64,000 bases of DNA, taken from the NCBI GenBank assembly GCA_965219445.1, contig CBDCNQ010000004.1, forward strand, positions 320,001-384,000, given 5' to 3'. Source of the DNA: Longimicrobiales bacterium. GTDB taxonomy: Bacteria > Gemmatimonadota > Gemmatimonadetes > Longimicrobiales > Gaopeijiaceae. A model generated the notes under the pieces. The model worked only from the letters and a program-made list of their open reading frames with translations, was not told the DNA's origin and ran no database searches. Shown here in pieces: positions 1 through 9,746 of the stretch (within the stretch, counting starts at the first letter, position 1; every line of letters starts with the position of its first letter). A program made the position numbers and the translations under genes.

Positions 1-1
1 G

Positions 2-658
2 ACCATCCTCGCGGAGGCGGAGGTCGGCGGAGTCGTGGCCAACAACCCCAGAAACCACGAGCGCATGGGGTTGTCCGGAGACAGCGCCTGGACGGTGGAC
101 TTCACGCTTGCCGACGGCGGCGGCATGGCATCCATGCTCGTGGGAGAGTCAGGGCCAATAATCCCCAGCGGGTATGTGCGGCTACCCGATCGGGACGCGG
201 TTGTCGTCGTGTCCGGAGATCTTCGATCCACGCTGACCCAAAGCGTCACCGATTGGAGGGACAAGACGATTCTGCAGGTCGATACGGCCGCCGTGGTGCG
301 CGTCGTGTTGGAGACGGACGAGGGGACCCATGTAGCCGAGCGATTGGACAGCACGTGGTCGGTCGATGGAGAGCCCGCGGACAGCACCACAATGAGTTGG
401 GTTCTCGACGAGCTCGCAAATCTTGTTGCCGTCGGGTTCGTGGAGGACGGTGAGGTATTCCAAGAGAATGGAAGGCGCGTGATCGCCCTCGGGGCGCAAC
501 AGGACACACTGGGGGCCGTCCTGATCACGGGTGAAGGAGGCGCCCGCCACGCACGCACACCCGGCAGCGATGTGGTGTTCGAGGTTGAGAGCATCCGAGC
601 GAATCGCATCACGCCCGATATCGAACGCCTTCGGCCGGGGGATGCCGGCGGCGCCTGA
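2..658 (+). CDS. DUF4340-like protein, 5' partial (Gld/ABC auxiliary type)
   Basis: Frame open from the window edge; 'YVRLPDRDAVVVV..DWRDKTIL' and 'W.VDGEPAD' resemble DUF4340. Confidence 0.65.
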   Translation, partial: TILAEAEVGGVVANNPRNHERMGLSGDSAWTVDFTLADGGGMASMLVGESGPIIPSGYVRLPDRDAVVVVSGDLRSTLTQSVTDWRDKTILQVDTAAVVRVVLETDEGTHVAERLDSTWSVDGEPADSTTMSWVLDELANLVAVGFVEDGEVFQENGRRVIALGAQQDTLGAVLITGEGGARHARTPGSDVVFEVESIRANRITPDIERLRPGDAGGA

Positions 659-780
659 GCCTCGGGAAACTGCACCAAAGAGCTTGGGGACCCGCTCCCC
701 CCCGTTCGTGTATTTCGAAAGCGACCCTGCGGTGGGATCGTTCAGCGCGCCATGACCGCTTACCCGACGTTTGGAGGAGA

Positions 781-2679
781 ATGCTCGTGCTAACCTACGT
801 GACCACCCGAGCGAAACTGATCCTTCCGACCGCCGCGTTCGCGGTTCTCATTGCCCCGACTTCCGCCGTTGGCGCCCAGGACCCCGATGGACCCAATCCG
901 GACTCCGTGGCTCTTCACGAGGAGGCGAAAGAGTCCCAGGCCCGCTTCGAGCGTTTTCGTGAGGACCGCATACCTCCAGAACTGGGGGGATTCGGGGGCG
1001 GGTGCGACGAGCTCGTCGGCCGGTTTTGCCTCCGATTCGAGAGTGGCGAGGACGAGAGCGAATGGAGCGTGCCTGAGGAGCCCGTGGAATTCGGCATGGC
1101 ACGGGTGCGGATCCTTCGTGAACTCCGCGAAATCCACGACCAGATCCCCGGTGACTCCTGGATTCTGGGCCAGCGCGTGTTCTACATGGGCGAGGTGGGC
1201 GACTGGCGGAGCGCGGAAAGCCTGGTCCGCAGATGTGGTGGCGGGAATTGGTGGTGCACGTCGCTGCTGGGGTTCGTGAGGCACGCTCAAGGAGACTGGA
1301 ATACCGCCGCCGACCTGTTCGCGCTGGCCGTGGAACAAATGCCCGAGGGTGAAGATTTCCTCTCGCTTGCTCTTCTACTGGACCCCGACGCCCTCGACGT
1401 CTACGAGAGCTCATCCGATCAGGACGCCGCACAGGAACGGCTGTGGCTCCTTTCCGACCCACTCTATCTGGTGGACGGAAACGACCGGATGACCGAGCAG
1501 TTCACACGCGCGGTCCTCGTCCGCATGCGGCGTGAAGCCGTCAACCCATATGGCGTCGAATGGGGTGACGACGTCGAGGAGCTCACGCTCCGCTATGGAG
1601 CCGAGAAGGCGTGGGAGCGCCGACGCGCTTTGCCGAACGGCCAGCTCCAGGACACCCGTAGCATCGTGGGCCGACACCACCCGAAGAGCCAGGAGTTCCT
1701 CCCGCCGGACGAGGCCCTCGAAGATCCGGCGCAGGTGGCGCCCGGCGATTGGACCCTGGAGCAAGAGCGCCCGTGGACCGGATACGCACCTCCGTACGCG
1801 CCAGACCTCAACGCTTTGGAGACCCAGGTGGCCCGTTTCCGGCGCGGGGACTCACTGCTCGTTGCAGGGGCGTTCGCACCTGAGGAAGAGGACGCGGCGG
1901 CGGATGCCCGCCGGCAGGCCCAGAGGAGGAATCCACGCATCGTCGATCTTCGCGCTCGGCGGAACGAAGACCGGGGTGACCAACAGGCTCGCACCAATCC
2001 ATTCGGTCGGCCCGTCGAGGAGCCGCAACCTTTCTTGGTCGAGGAGCCCGAGCCGGAGGGCCCCATCCGATCCGGCCTCTTCCTGATCGACACCGAGAGT
2101 GGTATGACGCACCAAGTCTTGGGGGAGGGTCCGCGTGGTGCGTTCCAGCTCCAGGTGCCGAACGGACGGTATGTGGTCGGCATCGAGGCCTTCAGCGCCG
2201 ATGCGAAACAAGCGTGGCGTGACCGCCACGGATTGTGGCAAGACCCGATTTTACCCGGTTTGGCAGCAGTTTCGGATCTACTGATCCTCGAGGGTGGAGG
2301 AGAGATCCCAGCCTCACTCGACGAGGCGCTGCCAACCGCACTTCCTGCGGTTCGCATCTCGGTTGGGGAGCCATTCAAGATTGCATGGGAGCTATACGGA
2401 CTCGCGATCGGCGAGTCGGCGAGTGTACGGATCGGTGTGGATCAGGGCGGCCAGGGTCTCCTCCGTAGATTGGGCCAGTTCCTGCGCGTGCTCGAGCCAG
2501 ATTCCCCCGTGGTGATGACGTACGAAGACGCAGGCCCCGACGTCTTGGGCACAGTTTTCCGGGCGGTCCAGCTCAACCTTCCCGACCTCGAGCCGGGCGA
2601 ATACACGCTGACTGTGGAAATCGAGCTGTCCGGACGTGAGCCGATGGTCGTTGCACGACCGATCGTCATCGTGTCCTGA
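781..2679 (+). CDS. Secreted hypothetical protein (GWxTD-like region, Cys pairs, C-terminal Ig-like domain)
   Basis: 632 aa ORF after GGAGGAG RBS; signal peptide; 'LWLLSDPLYL..GNDR.TE', 'LRYG', C-terminal 'SDLLIL..LEPGEYTLTVEI'. Confidence 0.6.
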   Translation: MLVLTYVTTRAKLILPTAAFAVLIAPTSAVGAQDPDGPNPDSVALHEEAKESQARFERFREDRIPPELGGFGGGCDELVGRFCLRFESGEDESEWSVPEEPVEFGMARVRILRELREIHDQIPGDSWILGQRVFYMGEVGDWRSAESLVRRCGGGNWWCTSLLGFVRHAQGDWNTAADLFALAVEQMPEGEDFLSLALLLDPDALDVYESSSDQDAAQERLWLLSDPLYLVDGNDRMTEQFTRAVLVRMRREAVNPYGVEWGDDVEELTLRYGAEKAWERRRALPNGQLQDTRSIVGRHHPKSQEFLPPDEALEDPAQVAPGDWTLEQERPWTGYAPPYAPDLNALETQVARFRRGDSLLVAGAFAPEEEDAAADARRQAQRRNPRIVDLRARRNEDRGDQQARTNPFGRPVEEPQPFLVEEPEPEGPIRSGLFLIDTESGMTHQVLGEGPRGAFQLQVPNGRYVVGIEAFSADAKQAWRDRHGLWQDPILPGLAAVSDLLILEGGGEIPASLDEALPTALPAVRISVGEPFKIAWELYGLAIGESASVRIGVDQGGQGLLRRLGQFLRVLEPDSPVVMTYEDAGPDVLGTVFRAVQLNLPDLEPGEYTLTVEIELSGREPMVVARPIVIVS

Positions 2680-2901
2680 GATCCACATCGTGCGGCCACG
2701 GATTTGAGGAGCTGCGCGCCAACCGTGTCGAGTTCAAGATCGACTCGAGGAACGAACGCTCCCGCGCCGCTCTGGCGAGGATCGGAGCCGTAGAAGAGGG
2801 GACGTAGGGAATGGCGAAAATGTAGTTCTTGCCTCCCGAGTACGTCACGCCACACTGTTCAAGAACAGCTGTGCACGCCTCTTCCGCCCCTGCGAGGCTT
2901 C

Positions 2902-3312
2902 ATGAGCGATAAACCTGCGACCGGGACCATCCTCTTTGAAGTGGCCCTCTTGACCGTCGTGGTCCTTCTGGTCGACGAATGGCTGATCCGTGGCGCTCTG
3001 GCCTTCATACCGGCCATGCTGCTGGCCCAGCGAGCCCTCGATGCTGGCGGCTCTAGGGCCTCCGAGGATTTGAGCTCCACTAATGATCTGGGAACGCCAG
3101 TCCGCGAGCACGTCGCGAAGCTACTCGAATATTTCCAGAAGTTTTACACCACGTGCGGGCTGATGGGGTCCGGCAAGATCACTCCCGAAGAGGCGCTGCA
3201 GCGGACGCGTGACCTCGAAGAGGATTTGAGTAGCCTACTAAACGAGGTGACCAAGGACTCGCCGGAGGTGAGGGTGAAGCCGCAAGAGTTGGTGCCCCTG
3301 CCCACCCTATAG
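2902..3312 (+). CDS. Small hypothetical membrane protein
   Basis: 136 aa; N-terminal hydrophobic hairpin followed by a helical soluble part; GAGG upstream. Confidence 0.55.
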   Translation: MSDKPATGTILFEVALLTVVVLLVDEWLIRGALAFIPAMLLAQRALDAGGSRASEDLSSTNDLGTPVREHVAKLLEYFQKFYTTCGLMGSGKITPEEALQRTRDLEEDLSSLLNEVTKDSPEVRVKPQELVPLPTL

Positions 3313-3340
3313 GCGGCCACGGAACGACAAGGACTTAGGC

Positions 3341-6127
3341 CTAGCTCTCGGTCGTCCCAAACTTGATGTGCACGGTATCTGAATCCTCATCACGAAGCGC
3401 CTTCACCGCATCGTGAATCCCCTGCGTCAATTCGCGCTCTTCACGGAGCGCGTTGATGAGCCCCTCGGCTTCTCTCGCCTCGAAGCTCAGCTTCCCGGCG
3501 GTCGAGATCACATGATCGACCACCGTCCTCTGACTGGTCAGGGACTCGAGGCCGGACCGGATCTCCCTGAGTAAGGCATCCGCCCGTGCAAGACGCACCT
3601 CCGCCTGTTCAATCTGCTGCTGCCGCCCGTCGATATCGTCGAGCGCCTCTCTCATGGCATCCGCCTTGGCCTGCACTGACTCCAGCATCCGGGCGGCACC
3701 CTGTACTTCGTCACGCGCCGCGGAGATGGCCCTCACATCCTCCAGCGTTCGCTCTGACGCAGCAAACAGTTTTTCCACATCGTTGCGGACCTGCCCGACG
3801 CCCTCTTGTCTGGCGAGCAGGGTCTCAATCGACTGTTGGAGCTCCAGCTCCACCCCATCGAGCCGCGCGAGCTTCTCCTCGAACTGGGTGATTCGCTTTT
3901 CGGCGAAGCGTAGGCTGCCGGCCCTGGCCTCCAGCACGTCCGCCCGCTGCCCAATCTTCTCGGACTGCTCCTCGGCGATGACGAGGCTCTCATTCACCCC
4001 CCGGATCTTATCCTCCAAGGATTGGACCATCTCGGCCGCTTCCTTCCTCAGGGTCGACACAGCATCGAGCTGTCCCACCGCCTTCGACAGCGTGCGCTCG
4101 CCCTGGTGGATATCCTCCAACACACGGTCGGCCCGCTCGGACAGTGCGGTGACGGCCTCGGAGCGATCGACTGTCGAGTCGACTCTCTCACCCAACTCAG
4201 CCATTCGCCCCTCGGCCTGCTCAACCGCAGCCACGACCTCCTCGACCACCACGCGAACTTCATCCGCCTTATCGGCGTTCCGTGCAGCGGCCTTGAACCG
4301 ACGATCCGCATCCGTTAGGCCAGTGAGAAGGTTATTGGTGCGCTCGTCCAACTGCGTACCGATCTGACGGAGCTCCGACATCCGGACCTCGAGTTCTTCG
4401 AAAGATTCACGACGCTCGTCCAGATCCGACGCGGCTGTGACGACGCCATCCGCCATCTCCCGCATGTGATCGACGTTCGACCTCAAATCGTCCAGCTGGG
4501 CGACGTTCGCTCGTAGCTCCCCAACTCTTTCCTGGGTCTCGACCAGCCAGGCAGCGGTCTCGTCCTGCCCCATTTGCGTCCGCTCCATCTCGGCCTTCGT
4601 CGCTCGCATTCTCTCCAACGCGCCGGCGACCTCCTCTTGAGCACCACGAAGCGTTCGTAGGTCGTTCACGGCGTTCTCTACGTCGGACTGCCGCGCCTCG
4701 ATGCTGGAGAGAGACGAAGCCACGTCGACGGAGATTCGCCGGGCTTCCGACATCCCTTCCCGCATCCCTTCAACCAACTCCACCTGCTCACTGAGACGGC
4801 CCAACTCCCCAGACAGCGATGTCGTACGAGCAGACATATCGTCGACCCTGCGGTTGGCCTCGTTCAGCGCTTGGCCAGCTTCCTCGAGCTCACGGAAGCG
4901 GTTCTCGAGGTCGGTCACACTGGCCCGGAGAGCGATGACCCGCTGTCCGTCGGCCTCCAACGTGCTTTGCTCCAGCTCGAAGCGTTTGGTGCTACGCCGC
5001 ATCTGCTCCTGCAGCCCAGCTAGCGCCGCCCTCAGCGTCTTGCTATCCCGCTCGACTTGGGACTGCTCCGCCCGCAACTCGTCCGATCGCTCTCCGACCT
5101 TGGCATTCAGCTCGCGGAGGGCCTTCTTCACCTCATTGATCTGCGCTCGGGCGTCTTTCAGCTTCCCCTCGAGTTCCCAGTGGAGGTCGGTGAGCGCCCG
5201 GGCCTGGGCCTCCGTCCGGTCCATCGCCTCACGTTCCCGCTCTACCGCCGCGATCTTCCCGCTGATGTGGTCCGACAGGGTCTTCAGGGCGTTCAACTGC
5301 CGTTCCGTGCGGGCTCCGAGCTCCTCCGCCTTGTTGAGGTCCACCATTGCCTTGTCGACGCGCGCCACATTTGCGTTCGCCCTGTCCACACCGGCGTCGA
5401 CCGATTCCAACTTGGAACGCAAGTCCTTGTACCCTGACGAGATACTCTCTTGCGCCGCTCGAATACCCTCCTGGTCGTCGCTGAGCTGGGCGACTTCCTT
5501 ACCGTAGCTCAACGATTCTTCACGAGCCTGTTCGATCTGCGCTCGCACTCCGGCCAGCGCCCCTTTCGGCCCCGTAATCTCTTCGATCTCCTGCCTGATT
5601 TGCGCGATGGACTGGAGGCCTTCACCCAACTTCGCGACCCTTTCGTCGGCTTCGACCAACCGCCTCGACACCGATTCTACGGAGCTGGTCATCGCCTTCT
5701 GGTCGTCCTCTAGACCTCCTGCTCGCTCATCAATCGTCCCGATCCGGTCTTCGATCCGGGCAAGGTCGGTGGTTCGCGTCTCGAGTCGGTCGGCGGCGCT
5801 CGCACTCTGTTCGACAGTCTCCTTGAGATGTTCCTGGGACCTGCCGATTTCCTCTTCCCGCTGCTCCAGGAGGTCGAGTCGAGAAACAGATTCCGCCAGG
5901 GCGGCCGCGTGCGTCTGTAAGTCCGACGTCTGCGAATCCAGAGATTCGGCAGCGGCCTCGAGCGGATTTCCGAGATCCTCGATTTTCTTCGAGGCGGTCT
6001 CCGACCGCTTCAGAAGATCACGAAGGGCCCTTTTGTCACGATTTGCTTGGGCGAGCAGCTTCATGAGCTCCTCGGGGAGCTCTTCGAGTTCTCCGCTACC
6101 CAGTAGTGACTTGAGCCAAGACTTCAT
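3341..6127 (-). CDS. Long coiled-coil protein (no ATPase motifs)
   Basis: 928 aa, E/R/L/A/Q-rich heptad pattern throughout; GGAGAGG RBS; no Walker A/B. Confidence 0.8.
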   Translation of the reverse strand: MKSWLKSLLGSGELEELPEELMKLLAQANRDKRALRDLLKRSETASKKIEDLGNPLEAAAESLDSQTSDLQTHAAALAESVSRLDLLEQREEEIGRSQEHLKETVEQSASAADRLETRTTDLARIEDRIGTIDERAGGLEDDQKAMTSSVESVSRRLVEADERVAKLGEGLQSIAQIRQEIEEITGPKGALAGVRAQIEQAREESLSYGKEVAQLSDDQEGIRAAQESISSGYKDLRSKLESVDAGVDRANANVARVDKAMVDLNKAEELGARTERQLNALKTLSDHISGKIAAVEREREAMDRTEAQARALTDLHWELEGKLKDARAQINEVKKALRELNAKVGERSDELRAEQSQVERDSKTLRAALAGLQEQMRRSTKRFELEQSTLEADGQRVIALRASVTDLENRFRELEEAGQALNEANRRVDDMSARTTSLSGELGRLSEQVELVEGMREGMSEARRISVDVASSLSSIEARQSDVENAVNDLRTLRGAQEEVAGALERMRATKAEMERTQMGQDETAAWLVETQERVGELRANVAQLDDLRSNVDHMREMADGVVTAASDLDERRESFEELEVRMSELRQIGTQLDERTNNLLTGLTDADRRFKAAARNADKADEVRVVVEEVVAAVEQAEGRMAELGERVDSTVDRSEAVTALSERADRVLEDIHQGERTLSKAVGQLDAVSTLRKEAAEMVQSLEDKIRGVNESLVIAEEQSEKIGQRADVLEARAGSLRFAEKRITQFEEKLARLDGVELELQQSIETLLARQEGVGQVRNDVEKLFAASERTLEDVRAISAARDEVQGAARMLESVQAKADAMREALDDIDGRQQQIEQAEVRLARADALLREIRSGLESLTSQRTVVDHVISTAGKLSFEAREAEGLINALREERELTQGIHDAVKALRDEDSDTVHIKFGTTES

Positions 6128-6286
6128 GATACCTCTCCATCAGTGCCATCAAGTGGTCGCTTGAAACTTGATGTTTGTGCCGCCAAGGCGCCAGGTCATT
6201 CTGTCGTCCCCGCGGGCTGAATCCACTAGACGCTGAAACCGAACCGATCGGAGGCCCGCATTACAGGGTCCACCGCCGCCGAAGCG

Positions 6287-6793
6287 TCATCGGATCAGCC
6301 GTCGCACCGGGACACTGCCTCGGGTCGTCATCTCGATCGGGTGGTCGCCCAATGGCGTGTCCACCGTGAGTTTCGTCTCAAGTGTATAGCCGATCGTACC
6401 CCGCTCCAACAGAGCACGTGCCCCCGCGCCAACTCCCCCCCAACCGAAAGAGAGTGGGAGTTCGATGGGAGTGACCGCCTGTGAGCCGAACCTGGTGGAG
6501 CCATCGAGGAATGCCTCGCCGAAACGAGTGCCCTCGAAGTCGATGGCCATGTCGATCTGACCCGTACGGAGATCATAGGAATTGGGGTTGTCCACGTCGA
6601 CCAGGAGCGTGAGTGATCCACCCGTGAGGCCGAGTCCGTCGATTTGGACCGAAGTGAGGTCGAAGTCGGGCGACTCGAAGCCGCCTTGCTGGAACATCGC
6701 ACACCCACTTGGCACGAGCGCCCAAATCAGGGCAACACAACGAGAGATGGAGATTTTCCCCGCGAAATGGCCGGCATGAACACGTTTTCTCGT
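6287..6793 (-). pseudogene. LEA_2/WHy-domain lipoprotein with its start removed at the IS256 boundary
   Basis: 'VDVDNPNSYDL' LEA_2 motif; frame stays open through a signal peptide (RKRVHAGHFAGKISISRCVALIWALVPSG-C) up to the IS end at 6794 with no start codon ahead of it. Confidence 0.7.
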
Positions 6794-6960
6794 GAGCTAG
6801 GATCAAAGGCATCATAGGGGCATGGCGACCGCTACCGGTACCGATCAGCAGCTAAGCAGCCCGAAGACGAAGAGGCGTTCTCCTCCGGGAGCGGGTGCGC
6901 GTTCATCATTATTCGCGCAAGCAAGCAACCCAACCCGTCCTACCCAAGAGGAGGATGCCC

Positions 6961-8015
6961 ATGGAGAGGTATATCGGACTCGACGCACACGCGTCGAGCT
7001 GCACGCTGGGGATTGTAGGCCCCAGCGGCAAGCGCTTGGGCTCGCAGGTGGTGGAGACGAACGCGCGGGCGCTGATCGAGGTGCTGCGAGGGATTCCGAG
7101 GAACCGGCACTTATGCCTGGAAGAAGGGACGCTGTCGGGGTGGCTGTACGAGGTGCTGAAGCCGCACGTGGAGGAGCTGACGGTGGCGGGGGTCGGCAAG
7201 AGCCGGGGCCCGAAGACCGACAAGCTGGACGCGTTTGCCCTGGCGGAGAAGCTGCGGATCGGATCACTGGAGACGACGGTCTACAAGAACCGGGGCCAGT
7301 TCAGGCGGCTGGGGGAACGGGCGAAGAGCTACGACTTCTTGGTCGGCGACACGGTGCGGGTGAAGAACCGGCTCAAGAGCGTGCTGCGCTCGAGAGGAGT
7401 GGCCTACGGCGCGGGGCGCTCGGTCTACTTAAAGCGCGACCGGGAGGAGTGGTTGGCCAAGCTGCCGGAAGCGAGCAGGACGACGGCCGGGTTGCTGTAC
7501 GAGGAGCACGACGCACTCGTGGCATTGAGGGCGAAGGCCGAGAAGGCGTTGCTGGCGGAAGCACGCAAGCATCGAGAGTGGCATGTGCTGAAGACGTGCC
7601 CGGGTCTGGGTCCGATCCGGACGGCGGAGCTCCTGCCGGTGGTGGTGACGCCGTACCGGTTCCAGAGCCGGAGCAGGTTCTGGGCGTACTGCGGACTGGG
7701 CGTGGTGATGCGGAGCTCGTCGGACTGGGTGCGGGGTCCGGGTGGGCGGTGGGTAAGGGAACCGGTACAGCAGACGCGGGGGCTGAATCGGAACTTCAAC
7801 CACACGCTGAAGCGTGTGTTCAAGGGCGCAGCGACGACGGTGATCGGTCGGGCCGAGGACGAGCCCTTGTACCGCCACTACGAGCGACTCCTGGAGGGGG
7901 GCACGAAGCCGAATCTGGCGAAGCTGACGATCGCGCGTCAGCTCGCCTCGATCGTGCTAGCGGTGTGGCGCACGGGCGAAGCGTACGACCCAAGAGACTG
8001 GAAGCGACGGAGTAA
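6961..8015 (+). CDS. IS110 DEDD transposase/recombinase (1-nt deletion near 7990 relative to copy 2)
   Basis: YIGLDAH, LEEG, KTDKLDA (DEDD), PGLGP, YCGLG..RSSS serine motif; GAGGAGG RBS. Confidence 0.93.
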
Positions 8016-8092
8016 ACCGGCCTGGGATCGGCGAGCGTGGGGTCGAAAGCGGTCACAACATGGGGTCCGACGAAACGGAAGCGAACCGGTTA

Positions 8093-8228
8093 CAGGGGAC
8101 AGCATCCATACACACCGTGGGCCGGGGCAGAGAGCCCAAGCCCCCACTCAAAGGCTATGCACCCCTGGAAGAGCCGAACGAAGCGATGGGCCACAGAGTC
8201 CCAGATAGAAGGATGGTTCCCGCTCCAG
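8093..8228 (+). ncRNA. Putative bridge/seek RNA core (target-binding and donor-binding loops)
   Basis: Stem CAGGGG..GCAT/ATGC.CCCCTG encloses loop strands TACACACC (8109-8116) and TCAAAGG (8148-8154) matching the insertion target; second stem-loop carries ATAGAAGG (8205-8212) matching the element end; transcript ends unknown. Confidence 0.8.
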
Positions 8229-8382
8229 AGCGGAGAACGCGACGGCTGTGAACGTCTTCCGGACTGCGATGCGGACCCTGCGAGCGCACCCCTCCCCACC
8301 CTGAGTCGTCGACCGGGCAATCCAAACCATGCGGACGCCGACGGTCAAAAAATGAGCCGACGGCGCGTGGGGAAGGTGCGTC

Positions 8383-8405
8383 TTGACCGCCAGCCCCATA
8401 GAAGG
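8383..8405 (+). promoter_or_regulatory. -35 half of a circle-junction promoter
   Basis: TTGACC at 8383-8388; joining the ends places CATCAT (6810-6815) exactly 17 bp downstream. Confidence 0.7.
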
Positions 8406-8501
8406 GTGTGTAAAAAAAGAGGCGACGTACCTTTCCGCTAGGTAGTAAGAAGTTAACCAGCGAATCCCGGGTGAGCGCCCGGGGGAAAGGAACGATGCCT
8501 C

Positions 8502-9746
8502 GTGAGGAAGAATATGGTGGGACCCGAGAGTGAGTCCAGCACGCCGACGTGGGAGTGCTTGGAAGCGCTGGTTCGTGAGAAGGCCCAGGAGATGGTCCAG
8601 CGGATTCTGGAGGAGGAAGTGACGGAGTTGCTCGGCCGGGAGAAGTCGGAGCGGAAGACGGTCGTAGACCCGGCGCCAGGCTACCGCAACGGCTACGGCA
8701 AGGCTCGGCGGCTGGCGATGAGCTCGGGCACGATCATGCTCCGACGGCCCCGGGTTCGAGGCATTGAGGAGCGGTTCGAGAGTCGGGTGTTGCCGTTGTT
8801 CGCACGACGGACGAAGGAGGTGGGTGCTCTGCTTCCGGAGCTGTATCTGCACGGGCTGGCGGAGGGAGACTTCGAGCTGGCGATGCGGGGCCTGCTGGGC
8901 GAGGGGGCCCCGTTGTCGAAGTCTTCGATTTGGCGGCTGCGGGCGGGATGGACAAGGAAATTCGAGGAATGGTCGAAGCGCTCGCTGGCCGACCGTGAGG
9001 TCGTCTACGTCTGGGCGGACGGGATCTACGTGAAGGCGGGGCTCGAGCGGGACAAGGCAGCGCTGCTGGTGGTTCTCGGTGCGATGCGAGATGGTACGAA
9101 GGAGGTGTTGGCCCTGAGATCGGGCTACCGAGAGTCGGTCGAGTCCTGGTCCGAGGTGTTGCGGGATCTGAAGGCACGCGGCATCGAGGCGCCCCGGCTT
9201 TTGATGGCGGACGGCAACGCGGCGATCTGGGGCGCAGTACGGCAGGTATGGCCTGAGGCGGGCGAGCAACGGTGCTGGAACCACAAGATGAGGAACGTGC
9301 TGGACCGGCTGCCTCAGCGGGAGCAGAGCGAGGCGAAGGACCTTCTCAGGACCGTGGTCTACGCACCGAGGCGGTCCGAGGCGCTGAAGGCCCGTGAGGC
9401 GTTCGCCAGGCGCTACAGACCGTGGTATCCGAAGGCGGTGGATGTACTCGAGGACGACTGGGAGCGGATGGTGGCGTTCTACGACTTCCCCGAGGACCAC
9501 TGGAAGCATCTACGCACGACGAACGTGGTCGAGAGCCCCTTTGCCGCAGTACGGCTCAGGACAACGGCGGCGAAGCGCTTCAAGCGGGTCGAGAGCGCTA
9601 CGGCGCTGATCTGGAAGCTGCTCTTGGTGGCGGAGAAGCGCTTCAGAAGGCTCGACGCTCCTCACCTCCTCAAGGACGTATTTGAAGGAAGAAAGTTCGA
9701 AGACGGAAAGCCCGTCTCAACCCAACAGCGGAAAAACGCCGCCTGA
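8502..9746 (+). CDS. IS256-family (Mutator) DDE transposase
   Basis: YRNGY, LYLHGL, WADG, MADG, QRCWNH, LRTTNVVES motifs; 414 aa. Confidence 0.95.
   Translation: MRKNMVGPESESSTPTWECLEALVREKAQEMVQRILEEEVTELLGREKSERKTVVDPAPGYRNGYGKARRLAMSSGTIMLRRPRVRGIEERFESRVLPLFARRTKEVGALLPELYLHGLAEGDFELAMRGLLGEGAPLSKSSIWRLRAGWTRKFEEWSKRSLADREVVYVWADGIYVKAGLERDKAALLVVLGAMRDGTKEVLALRSGYRESVESWSEVLRDLKARGIEAPRLLMADGNAAIWGAVRQVWPEAGEQRCWNHKMRNVLDRLPQREQSEAKDLLRTVVYAPRRSEALKAREAFARRYRPWYPKAVDVLEDDWERMVAFYDFPEDHWKHLRTTNVVESPFAAVRLRTTAAKRFKRVESATALIWKLLLVAEKRFRRLDAPHLLKDVFEGRKFEDGKPVSTQQRKNAA

Larger units (their letters stand above)
6810..8405 (+). mobile_element. IS110-family (IS1111-type layout) element copy 1
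   Basis: AAGG repeated at both junctions (6806-6809, 8402-8405); imperfect subterminal IRs GGGGC(A)TGGCG; transposase followed by ~390 bp non-coding end. Confidence 0.9.

Noticed and set aside
3341..6127. SMC/Rad50 annotation for the coiled-coil protein
   Set aside because: No Walker A/B, signature motif, hinge or zinc hook
6895..8208. 437-aa extended IS110 transposase in copy 1
   Set aside because: The extension results from a 1-nt deletion relative to copy 2 and reads through the putative ncRNA; the upstream GTG start also ignores the RBS before 6961
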